This document shows, piece after piece, positions 19,308 through 27,551 of a stretch of 44,097 nt of DNA; position 1 is the first letter of the stretch, and each line of letters starts with the position of its first letter. Location of the stretch: the NCBI GenBank assembly GCA_964583545.1, contig CAZOVW010000002.1, positions 1 to 44,097 on the forward strand, read 5' to 3'. The DNA is from an uncultured Dehalococcoidales bacterium. Its GTDB lineage: Bacteria; Chloroflexota; Dehalococcoidia; E44-bin15. A model generated the notes under the pieces. The model searched no databases and was not told where the DNA came from. It was given only the letters and a program-made list of their open reading frames with translations. Position numbers and translations under genes: made by a program.

Positions 19308-20546
19308 TTATTCTTCAAATCTTTTGACGATAAGAACAGAGTTGATGCCCAACATTCCGAAAGAATTATTCAAGATATAGTCGACCTTATCGACCTTTTT
19401 GGGTTCGTTGATAACAAGGTTCTTAAGAGCACACTCAGGGTCTAAATTGTCCACATTGATCGTCTGGTGAACGATACGGTCTTCAAAGGAGGGTAAATTC
19501 CCCACTAATTCTAAAGCGCCAGCAGCCCCCATCGCATGGCCAATATAACTTTTGGTGTTGTTTATATACGCATTTGAATTATTCCCAAAGACCTCTCTGA
19601 TTGCCTGACATTCTGCCTTGTCCCCTTCAGGGGTTCCAGTGGCGTGTGTATTGATAATATCGATATCGCTTACTGATAGGCCAGCTTTTTTGAGAGCGAG
19701 CTTCATACACTCAGCCTGCCTTTCTGGGTTTGGAAGGATGAAATCAAATGCATCTGAGTTAATCGCATATCCGACGATTTCGCCGTAAATCTTGGCACCT
19801 CTTTCAAGTGCATCACCCAATTTTTCCAGAACGCAGATACAGCCACCTTCGGAAACAACGATACCGTTTCGGTTCTTATCAAAAGGGCGGGATGCCTTTT
19901 GAGGGTCGGGATGGCTCGCCAACGCCCCTTCGTTTTTAAAAGAGGCAAAAACACCGAATGTACGAGGGGTCTCTGAGACCCCCCCCGCCAGGGCCAAATC
20001 CACTTCACCCAGCAACAACATTTGTAAGCCTTGTATAATTCCAATGTTGCCGGCGGCGCAAGCGGCTCCCAATGTGTAGTGCGGGCCAGTAATCTTCATA
20101 TTCATGGTGACCTCGCCGGCTGGACTATTAGCCACCGTTCTTGGGTTATGGTGGTGGGACCAAAGATCTACATTGTAGTTATATTCCTTGATGTTATAAA
20201 CCTCGTTTTCTGTTTCCACGTTACCGTGCTCGGTAATCCCGAGATAGATGCCAATTCTCGATTTATCAACAGAAGCAAGCTCCAATTTCGAATCGGCGAT
20301 TGCTTCATGGGCGCAGTAGATCGCAATAGACCCTGCTCGCGTTCCACGACGCAGTTCCTTTTTACTCTGATACTTCAGTGGGTCAAAATCACACACACCA
20401 GCTATGACTTCACCCATGTAGTGGGTCTCGATTTTCCCTACTCCAGATTTGCCAGCAAGCAGATTCTGCCGAAACTCTGCAAGATTGTTTCCGTTTGGTG
20501 CTGTTAGACCAATCCCGGTTATTACAATTCGCGTTTCATTATTCAT
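19308..20546 (-). CDS. Beta-ketoacyl-ACP synthase, KAS I/II (FabF/FabB-like)
   Basis: 412 aa. Active-site Cys in GAACAAGN; His residues in HATGTPEGD and GHAMGAAG. Confidence 0.85.
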   Translation of the reverse strand: MNNETRIVITGIGLTAPNGNNLAEFRQNLLAGKSGVGKIETHYMGEVIAGVCDFDPLKYQSKKELRRGTRAGSIAIYCAHEAIADSKLELASVDKSRIGIYLGITEHGNVETENEVYNIKEYNYNVDLWSHHHNPRTVANSPAGEVTMNMKITGPHYTLGAACAAGNIGIIQGLQMLLLGEVDLALAGGVSETPRTFGVFASFKNEGALASHPDPQKASRPFDKNRNGIVVSEGGCICVLEKLGDALERGAKIYGEIVGYAINSDAFDFILPNPERQAECMKLALKKAGLSVSDIDIINTHATGTPEGDKAECQAIREVFGNNSNAYINNTKSYIGHAMGAAGALELVGNLPSFEDRIVHQTINVDNLDPECALKNLVINEPKKVDKVDYILNNSFGMLGINSVLIVKRFEE

Positions 20547-20594
20547 CTTGGCAACTACCTTAATTGTATCCTTGCCCGAAGGGCAAGGATCGCG

Positions 20595-21644
20595 CTACCA
20601 TTTCACACCAAGCATAATACAAGATAAGCCGCTGCCAATTCCCAGCATCGCAATCTTATCACCACTATTAAGGTGACCCTCATCGATTGCTATGGCTAGC
20701 GTAATGGGAAGGGATACTGCTCCGATGTTTCCTAAGTATTCTACAGTGGAAAAGCCCTTTGAGTCACCCAGCCTCAGAGTATCGAACAGTAGCTCTTGAT
20801 GGACAACGCTAACCTGATGGCAGAAAACCTTATCTACATCTGAGTTGTGCCACCCCAGCTCTTTTCTTAAGGCCTTCCATGTTTCCTCCGCTAACAGCAG
20901 GCCATTTATCAGAATTCCTTGAGAGTCCGTACGCATAGTCGGACGGCTATTCGGGTTGAAGAAATAGGTATCATCTTCTATACGACAAAGGCCGCTGTGT
21001 TGTGAAGCAGTCCGTATCACCCCACCTAGAAGTTTATGGCTGGATTTTGACAGGGAGGAGTGTGTTAGCACCGCTGCTACTGCTCCGGATCCCAAGGTCA
21101 GAGTGGCAAAGGATGCTTTGAGCTTGGCTCTGGTCATGTTTGGGTCTTGCAAGATTTCATCTATTGTTGTGTCAGTGATGTGTCTACTGCTCTCGCTAGC
21201 AACCACAATTCCTGCTTTTACTTGGCCTAATTCGATCATATTTGCCAGAGTTACCATGCCGTTGACGAAACCCAAACAGGCATTTGAGATGTCGAAGATA
21301 GTGGCTGTGGGAGGGAGACCTAAAGAATCATGGACTAAGAAGGCTGTCGCCGGCTCTAGGAAGTCGCGACTAAGTGAAGTATGAAGGAGACATTCAATGT
21401 CTTCCTTCTCTATCTCAGAATTTGCGATGGCCTTTTCCGCTGCCGTTGTGCTAGCCCAACTCGGAGGCGTTCCGTCATTCCAGAATTGCCGCTCGCGAAT
21501 TCCGGTCATCATTTCGAGGCGACCGAAGGCAAGGTTCAGTTTATCGTATACCGGGGCTAACCTTTCCTCTAGGCTCAATGACGTGATGATGTTTCCTGGG
21601 AGTTTGTACCCAAAAGACTCAATGCAGACGTTTTTGTATAACAT
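20595..21644 (-). CDS. Thiolase-fold condensing enzyme of the FabH/OleA type
   Basis: 349 aa. Cys (SNACLGF), His (FCHQVS), Asn (GNIGAVSLP). The SRDFLEPATA segment and the N-terminal ...LEERLAPVYDKLNL...TGIRERQFW resemble OleA-type enzymes as I remember them more than E. coli FabH. Confidence 0.7.
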   Translation of the reverse strand: MLYKNVCIESFGYKLPGNIITSLSLEERLAPVYDKLNLAFGRLEMMTGIRERQFWNDGTPPSWASTTAAEKAIANSEIEKEDIECLLHTSLSRDFLEPATAFLVHDSLGLPPTATIFDISNACLGFVNGMVTLANMIELGQVKAGIVVASESSRHITDTTIDEILQDPNMTRAKLKASFATLTLGSGAVAAVLTHSSLSKSSHKLLGGVIRTASQHSGLCRIEDDTYFFNPNSRPTMRTDSQGILINGLLLAEETWKALRKELGWHNSDVDKVFCHQVSVVHQELLFDTLRLGDSKGFSTVEYLGNIGAVSLPITLAIAIDEGHLNSGDKIAMLGIGSGLSCIMLGVKW

Positions 21645-21764
21645 CGAATAACCCCTCTACAGACTCGCTACCATGTCAGGAACATAGCTCCCGGTTTCTA
21701 CAGCGACATATTGGCATCACATGGCACATCACAACGGTTAGAAGCTCTAAAGGAAAATGTTGTA

Positions 21765-22178
21765 TTAATCTTTGCGTGATTTACCTTCCTCTCTCGATAG
21801 CAACGTTGGGATATGAAACTTCATCTTAAGATTTGACCAGCTATCAAGGGACTTCGAGGGAATTATCCTGTCCGGCACATACTTGTATATTCCGGCGATG
21901 ACAGCGGAAATCTTTCTCGAATTTGCTGCTGTATCCGGGATATACTCATCTGCTGCGGCAATAAGAGAAGAGCGCACCTTATGAGGAAGTTTATCTAGCT
22001 CATTAATGACCCTATCGATCGCTTTAGGTGGGACACACTTATCTAATATATTCATGAAAAGGAGCAGCAGGCTATCCGGCACATATCTGTCCACTACCTT
22101 TGCCGCAAGCGAGATTGCCTTCCTCGAGACAAATCTGCCCACCGATTTAAAGAGAGAAATTTTTCTCTTTGACAACAT
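21765..22178 (-). CDS. Hypothetical small protein with four [YC]-[VI]-P-[DP] repeats
   Basis: 137 aa from ATG 22178 (AGGAGGG 6-7 nt upstream); the track ORF starts at TTG 22208. Repeats are DRYVPD, DKCVPP, DEYIPD, YKYVPD. I recognise no family. Confidence 0.45.
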   Translation of the reverse strand: MLSKRKISLFKSVGRFVSRKAISLAAKVVDRYVPDSLLLLFMNILDKCVPPKAIDRVINELDKLPHKVRSSLIAAADEYIPDTAANSRKISAVIAGIYKYVPDRIIPSKSLDSWSNLKMKFHIPTLLSREEGKSRKD

Positions 22179-22240
22179 AGCTTTCCCTCCTGCTCGAATA
22201 TACTGCAACTAGTGGAATATAGTAATCTATGCGATGTATA

Positions 22241-22270
22241 ATTATCACATCTTAAAGGCATGCTTGTCAA
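22241..22270 (-). promoter_or_regulatory. Candidate internal promoter ahead of the small protein / thiolase / KS / ACP genes
   Basis: On the minus strand: TTGACA (22265-22270), 18-nt spacer, TGtGATAAT (GATAAT at 22241-22246). Confidence 0.4.
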
Positions 22271-22325
22271 CGACAGATCGCTTGCCTGTCCTTTACTTTC
22301 AAGGTGAGTATCTCAAGAAGTGCGC

Positions 22326-23642
22326 CTAATTTTTGAGCCAAAAGTGGGTCTTATCAAATTCTTTCGATCGGTATCGCTCCCATCTTGGAAAAATCTCTTG
22401 GTAGATCCCAAGCCTTATCCCAATTAACTTTATAGCTCTCAGAAGTAGCATTCTAAGCATCCTTGGCTTACTAAGAAGTGCTTTCATCAGCACAAGAAGG
22501 GTTCTAGTCAGTGTAGGTGAGCATCCCTCTATTTTGGTGGCGTTCTGTAAGCTCTTATTACTTCTGATTGCACAGTCGCCGTAAAGAAAGACTTTTTTCG
22601 TATCTCTTTCTGGCCTTAATTCCAGCCCATAATATAACTCCACACCGCCAAAATCCATTTTAGGATTATCTTTGGCAAGTATTGATAGCGCTAAAGCGAG
22701 CGTGGCACCACAAGCTGAACAAAGGCTCTGTCCTGGAGGGGGAGCTGAAAGTCCTGTAACTTTTGCTGGGGTCAATAATTCTTTATCTGGTTCAAACTGC
22801 CACTCAAGCTGCTCCTTTAGAGATTCTATATCTTCTCCTTTGATTTGGATCGTGCTGATATCTAAAGATCGATTATGCCTTTCGGCAAATTCTCTCAGAT
22901 AGTCAACTTGTGACGGATCGATCCCCAGTATTGTTGCCCCAACAATATCGCACTCGAATATATCTGGGCTTGCTATAATCAAATCCTTGCGGTGGGCCAC
23001 CCCCACGAGAGTTTCTGGCCCTTTTCCCAACATGTATATTCCATCAATTATGACCAAGTCACTCTTGATTGCTTCGTTCAAAAGGCAAATTAGAGAATCT
23101 AGTCGGTTGGTAATATGAAACCTTTTTTTTGAAGCTTGGCTGAGGCAACCCTTCAGATTCTTGAAACCCAGAGAGACCTTTGTTTGGAAGTGGGTTTTTA
23201 GTACTGGGACATTGATTAGAAAGTCTGCCTCTAAAGCTGTTTTGGAAACCTGGACTTTTACCCCTCCTAAATCTAGCTCCTGAAAAGGACCCTGGTTGAA
23301 ATCGATCAGTTTAGCCCCGTATTTTTCAGCCACCTTGTCTATACCTGTCCCCTTAAAACCTCGTTTCGTATACGGCTCAAGTTCATCAAATATACCAATG
23401 ATGGCACCTTCACCTATAGAAATATCTTTGCAGCCATATTCGAGCAATAATTGTATGATTCCGTCTATGATCTTTGAGGTGGTCACCATTCCATAGGGAG
23501 GCATTATTTCGTGGCGGAAACAGTTATTGGGTTTTATCAGGATTTCGTCATTCCTATTGAGTTTCTCAAATCCATCACATAGTTTAATGGCGCGTCGAAT
23601 AGAATCAAGAGACCCATCAAATCTCACTAGCGATACTGTCAT
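22326..23642 (-). CDS. DUF362-domain protein with a C-terminal extension
   Basis: 438 aa. N-terminal ...ILIKPNN...MVTTSKIIDGIIQLLLEYGCKDISIGEG pattern typical of DUF362 (PF04015). C-terminal 130 aa contain Cys motifs (CSACG; YGDCAI; EGCSP) and a basic/hydrophobic tail. Confidence 0.5.
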   Translation of the reverse strand: MTVSLVRFDGSLDSIRRAIKLCDGFEKLNRNDEILIKPNNCFRHEIMPPYGMVTTSKIIDGIIQLLLEYGCKDISIGEGAIIGIFDELEPYTKRGFKGTGIDKVAEKYGAKLIDFNQGPFQELDLGGVKVQVSKTALEADFLINVPVLKTHFQTKVSLGFKNLKGCLSQASKKRFHITNRLDSLICLLNEAIKSDLVIIDGIYMLGKGPETLVGVAHRKDLIIASPDIFECDIVGATILGIDPSQVDYLREFAERHNRSLDISTIQIKGEDIESLKEQLEWQFEPDKELLTPAKVTGLSAPPPGQSLCSACGATLALALSILAKDNPKMDFGGVELYYGLELRPERDTKKVFLYGDCAIRSNKSLQNATKIEGCSPTLTRTLLVLMKALLSKPRMLRMLLLRAIKLIGIRLGIYQEIFPRWERYRSKEFDKTHFWLKN

Positions 23643-23686
23643 TATTCGCCCCCCAACCAGCCGAGGCTCAGAGGGAACATTGCTCG

Positions 23687-25045
23687 CTACTCCCTGACCA
23701 ACGGGTAGTTTCTTATTTCTTCGAGGTATGAGTCCAGAAAACTCTGAGCCTTTTCCCTGGAGAAGAGGCCGGTTCTATAGCCCAGGCAGACCTGCAACCT
23801 GCCGCTGTAGGTGTATGTCCCCAGGCTCAGCCCCATGGGGGTAACCAGTGGCGGGGCGGTTTCCATGTTCACTATCTTGGCGCTGCCGATTCGGAGCTCT
23901 CCCCATTCTTCGGGCCAGACCACGCCTACATTACTAACGAAAGTGGTATCAACATATATTCGAGTAATCATCAAGAACCTGCACATTGCTCTCATAACGA
24001 CCTGGGGAAAGCGAGAACAAAAGTAATAGAAATAAACCAGGGAGTATTGGATGCCATCCTTGACTATTGAGGCCATATCCACCCTCACCTTATGTAGCAG
24101 CTTTACCGGGTCAGCCCTATCTTCGGGCATGGTCGGTAGGGAAACCCAGGCTACCTGGTTTGAAACCACATCCTTAGGCCCCCTGGGCCCGATGAATGTG
24201 GGAACCATTAGGCGTATACATTTGCTACCTTTGCCGTGCAGGCTGTTCCATCTCTCAATAACCCTGAAGCAGGCTGCCAGCAGGACATCATTCAGGGTAA
24301 CACGAGCTGCCTTTGCTCTTGACCGAATTTGCCCAAACTCTGCTGGGTCTATGGTCCTATTGCAGTAGTCGGTTCCCTTTGACCGCTCTGACCTGTCGTG
24401 GAAGATCCTTGTCGGTGGGTGGAAAGGTGCTATGAAGAATCGATGGAAAAGGCTATAGATCATTTTCATATAGTAGTGCTCTACGCTTGGCCTTTGGCTG
24501 CGTGCAAATTGTAGTATTTCATCCCCTTTACGGGATATGGGGAAATCATCGAGGGACTTAGAGTCTTCAGGAACGTCCTTATCGTAACTTTCAAAGATCT
24601 TCCGGATGAAAAGAACGGCGCCGAGCCCATCCACTGCAATGTGATGACCAGTGAAAATCAGTGAAGATTCAACCTCATTCTTTTTTAAGAGAAGGGCTCT
24701 AAATGGGAATTCCTTCCATAGGTTCAGGGGTTGGTTTATCCATTCAGAAAGGCACCTCTCATAGTTTGCATCTGGGAGTTTGGCCAGGTCTTTGACAGTC
24801 AGAGCTTTCTCTCCGAGGTCTTCCTGTACTTCTTGGAAAGTCCTGAAATACTTACTTCGCAGGATTGTTCTCATTTGGGGATGAGCTTTTAGGGCGGATA
24901 GGATTGCTCGATTCAACCTATCGGCATCTATTTCTCCTTCGATGTTCAGGATTTGGTGGGCAATCATAGGCTCGTTTATGCTGTCAAGAGCTAGTAGACA
25001 CTTGCTAACGCAATTCAGAGGCATTCGAACGTTGGAATTTCCCAT
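23687..25045 (-). CDS. HHxxxDG acyltransferase (condensation / WS-DGAT / PapA5 superfamily), paralogue A
   Basis: 452 aa. Catalytic motif GHHIAVDGLG at about residue 134; N-terminal IEGEIDADRLNRAILSALKAHPQMRTIL resembles C-domain motifs C1-C2. GGGAGG RBS. Confidence 0.7.
   Translation of the reverse strand: MGNSNVRMPLNCVSKCLLALDSINEPMIAHQILNIEGEIDADRLNRAILSALKAHPQMRTILRSKYFRTFQEVQEDLGEKALTVKDLAKLPDANYERCLSEWINQPLNLWKEFPFRALLLKKNEVESSLIFTGHHIAVDGLGAVLFIRKIFESYDKDVPEDSKSLDDFPISRKGDEILQFARSQRPSVEHYYMKMIYSLFHRFFIAPFHPPTRIFHDRSERSKGTDYCNRTIDPAEFGQIRSRAKAARVTLNDVLLAACFRVIERWNSLHGKGSKCIRLMVPTFIGPRGPKDVVSNQVAWVSLPTMPEDRADPVKLLHKVRVDMASIVKDGIQYSLVYFYYFCSRFPQVVMRAMCRFLMITRIYVDTTFVSNVGVVWPEEWGELRIGSAKIVNMETAPPLVTPMGLSLGTYTYSGRLQVCLGYRTGLFSREKAQSFLDSYLEEIRNYPLVRE
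24545..24987 (-). repeat. Identical block shared with 28416-28858 (inside paralogue A)
   Basis: Line-by-line comparison at offset 3871 shows no mismatch across about 443 nt. Identity drops on both sides. Confidence 0.85.
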
Positions 25046-25074
25046 TATTATCCTCCCTTCTTTTTGATTGCCTC

Positions 25075-26631
25075 TTAATTGACCTGACGCTCCTGTCCCT
25101 CCCAGTACTTCTTGCGCAGTTCAGCCTTCAGTACTTTGCCTGCGAGGTTCTTTGGTAGGAGTTCCACGAACTCGACTGACTTGGGTTTCTTGTATGATGC
25201 CAGGTTTTCCTTACAGCCCCGGATAATCTCTTCTTCGCTCGCCTTCATTCCCGGCTTCAGTTTCACAAAGGCTTTTATAGACTCCCCCCACACCTCGTCA
25301 GGGATGCCGATAACCGCCGTCTCAAGTACAGCCGGGTGCTTAAAGATAGCATTCTCCACTTCCATGGGATACACGTTATAGCCTCCAGTGATAATCATGT
25401 CCGTTTTACGGTCAGCTATAAATAAGTATCTTTCCTCATCGAGATACCCCATATCCCCCGTAAAAAGCCACCCATCTCTTATCGCTTTCTGAGTTGCTTC
25501 CGGGTCTTTCCAGTACTCCTTCATCACCAATGGGCTGCGGACGATGATTTCTCCTTTCTCTCCTGTCGGGACATCATTTCCGTCATCATCCACCACGCGT
25601 ATATTGGTCATGACGAGCTCGCGTCCCGCTGACCCTAACCGACGAGTTTGCTCATCAGTGCCTCCGATTACGTGATCATCCACGCTCAGCGAGGTTATAA
25701 AGAAGCACTCCACCAAACCATAGGCCTGGATGAACACATCTCCGAAAACATCCAGTGCCTGTTTCAACTTCTCCACAGCCATGGGTGCGGAGGAATAAGG
25801 GAGTCTCCTCAGAGTGCTGAGGTCATAATTCTTGAGGTTAGGGTAGGCGAGGAGGAAATAGATGATAGTGGGTGCCAGCCATACCGTGGTGACTTTTTCC
25901 TTTTGAATTGTATCCAGAGCGAAATCGATGTCGAGGTGGCTGATGAGGATGTTGGGCACCCCCATCATGAAATGGGGTGGGAGGAGAACGCCCGAGGCGT
26001 GGTTTATGGAGGCGACGTAGAGGGCCACATCGTCGGGTTGGACATTTGTTTCAATACAGTACATATAGGTGGCCATTATAAGGGCCCTATGCGTTTGCAC
26101 ACAGCCCTTGGCCTTGCCGGTGGTGCCCGAAGTATGGAGGATGGCAATAGGGTCGTTCTCATCGATTTCCACTCGCGTGGGTTTGTCGCTTGCTTTGTCC
26201 ATAAGGTCCTCATACCTCTCCATACCAGAGAAGCCCTCGCCATCTACTATGAAGTGCTCCACAGTCTCGATCTTATCTTTCACAGAGTCTATGCCTTCGG
26301 CGAACTTCTGCTGGATGATAAGGGCTCGGGACTCCGCGTTGTTAAGATGGTAGGCATGCTCCAAGGGGTGATGACGGGAATCTAAAGGTGCCCATACCAT
26401 GCCGTTCTTGATCAGTCCATACTGGGCTTCTACGGCCATCAGAGAATTTTCTGCCAGTATCGAGACACGGTCGCCTTTCTTAAGGCCAAGACCGTGTAGG
26501 ACATTGCCTATCTTGTTTACCTGCTTCTCCAACTCCCGGTAGGTCACCCGGCGGTCAGCGTGGACTACTGCTACCCGGTCAGGATAATTCATAAACCCTC
26601 TTTTTACCAGACTCCACAAATCCATTTTCAT
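25075..26631 (-). CDS. AMP-forming acyl-CoA/acyl-ACP ligase (ANL superfamily, FadD-like)
   Basis: 518 aa. A3 motif LHTSGTTGKAKG and TGD/GYxxxxDR core (FTGDMGYLDEERYLFIADRKTDMI). Confidence 0.85.
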   Translation of the reverse strand: MKMDLWSLVKRGFMNYPDRVAVVHADRRVTYRELEKQVNKIGNVLHGLGLKKGDRVSILAENSLMAVEAQYGLIKNGMVWAPLDSRHHPLEHAYHLNNAESRALIIQQKFAEGIDSVKDKIETVEHFIVDGEGFSGMERYEDLMDKASDKPTRVEIDENDPIAILHTSGTTGKAKGCVQTHRALIMATYMYCIETNVQPDDVALYVASINHASGVLLPPHFMMGVPNILISHLDIDFALDTIQKEKVTTVWLAPTIIYFLLAYPNLKNYDLSTLRRLPYSSAPMAVEKLKQALDVFGDVFIQAYGLVECFFITSLSVDDHVIGGTDEQTRRLGSAGRELVMTNIRVVDDDGNDVPTGEKGEIIVRSPLVMKEYWKDPEATQKAIRDGWLFTGDMGYLDEERYLFIADRKTDMIITGGYNVYPMEVENAIFKHPAVLETAVIGIPDEVWGESIKAFVKLKPGMKASEEEIIRGCKENLASYKKPKSVEFVELLPKNLAGKVLKAELRKKYWEGQERQVN

Positions 26632-26637
26632 GTCTCC

Positions 26638-27429
26638 TTACATCATGCTGAAACCGCCGCTAACGCTAAGGGTCTGACCTGTGATGAAGTTCGCGGCGTC
26701 TGAGGCTAGGAATACTACTGCGTTAGCCACTTCCTCCGGTTTCACCAGGCGGCCCATGGGGTACTGGCTAATTGCCTTCTCCTTCATCTCTGGAGGTATC
26801 ATGTCGAGAGTCACGCCGGCCCACGCGCTGGTTTTACTCACCGTCCCAGGTTTCTCAGGGATGGTAAGTCCAGGGCAGACAGTATTGACGGTTATGCCAA
26901 ATCTTCCCATCTCCCGCGCTATAGCTTTCCCGAAAGCGATGGCAGCTCCCTTCGTCCCCGAATAAACCGCTCCTCTTGACTGACCCATCCGACCAGCATC
27001 AGAGGAAATGTTCACAATCCTGCCAGCCTTACGCTCGATCATGTGATCCAAAACAGCCCTGGTGCAATTGATCACGCCCAGGTAATTGATCTTGATCTCC
27101 TTCTCATATTCCTCCCTGGGCTCCTCCATGAACAGCTTGTTGGCTACCCAGCCTGCGTTATTGACCAAGATGTCTATATTTCCAAACATTTCCAGAGTCT
27201 TTTTTACCATCGCTTCTACGGAATCATAATCTGTTACATCCGTCTTAATGGCGAGGGCTTTTCCACCCAGGGCTTCAGCTTCCTTGACCACCTTTTGTGC
27301 CTGTTCCTCATCAAGATTAGCGATCACCACATTAGACTTCTCTCTGGCGAAAGCCAGAGTTATGGCACGACCAATATTTGAGTCTCCCCCGGTAACGATA
27401 ATCGTCTTACCTTCCAGCCCTAACTCCAT
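26638..27429 (-). CDS. Classical short-chain dehydrogenase/reductase
   Basis: 263 aa. TGGDSNIG, NNAG and YSGTKGA motifs. Its stop lies 7 nt upstream of the ligase ATG. Confidence 0.8.
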   Translation of the reverse strand: MELGLEGKTIIVTGGDSNIGRAITLAFAREKSNVVIANLDEEQAQKVVKEAEALGGKALAIKTDVTDYDSVEAMVKKTLEMFGNIDILVNNAGWVANKLFMEEPREEYEKEIKINYLGVINCTRAVLDHMIERKAGRIVNISSDAGRMGQSRGAVYSGTKGAAIAFGKAIAREMGRFGITVNTVCPGLTIPEKPGTVSKTSAWAGVTLDMIPPEMKEKAISQYPMGRLVKPEEVANAVVFLASDAANFITGQTLSVSGGFSMM

Positions 27430-27551
27430 TCATTTGACCCCTAAATATGGTGGAATTTGAACATCTTCACAAAACAGCAACCCTTGTCGCAAATATAGTA
27501 TGGAAAACCCACTTTTCAGTAGAATAATTATCAGACAAACCGGCGGTTATT

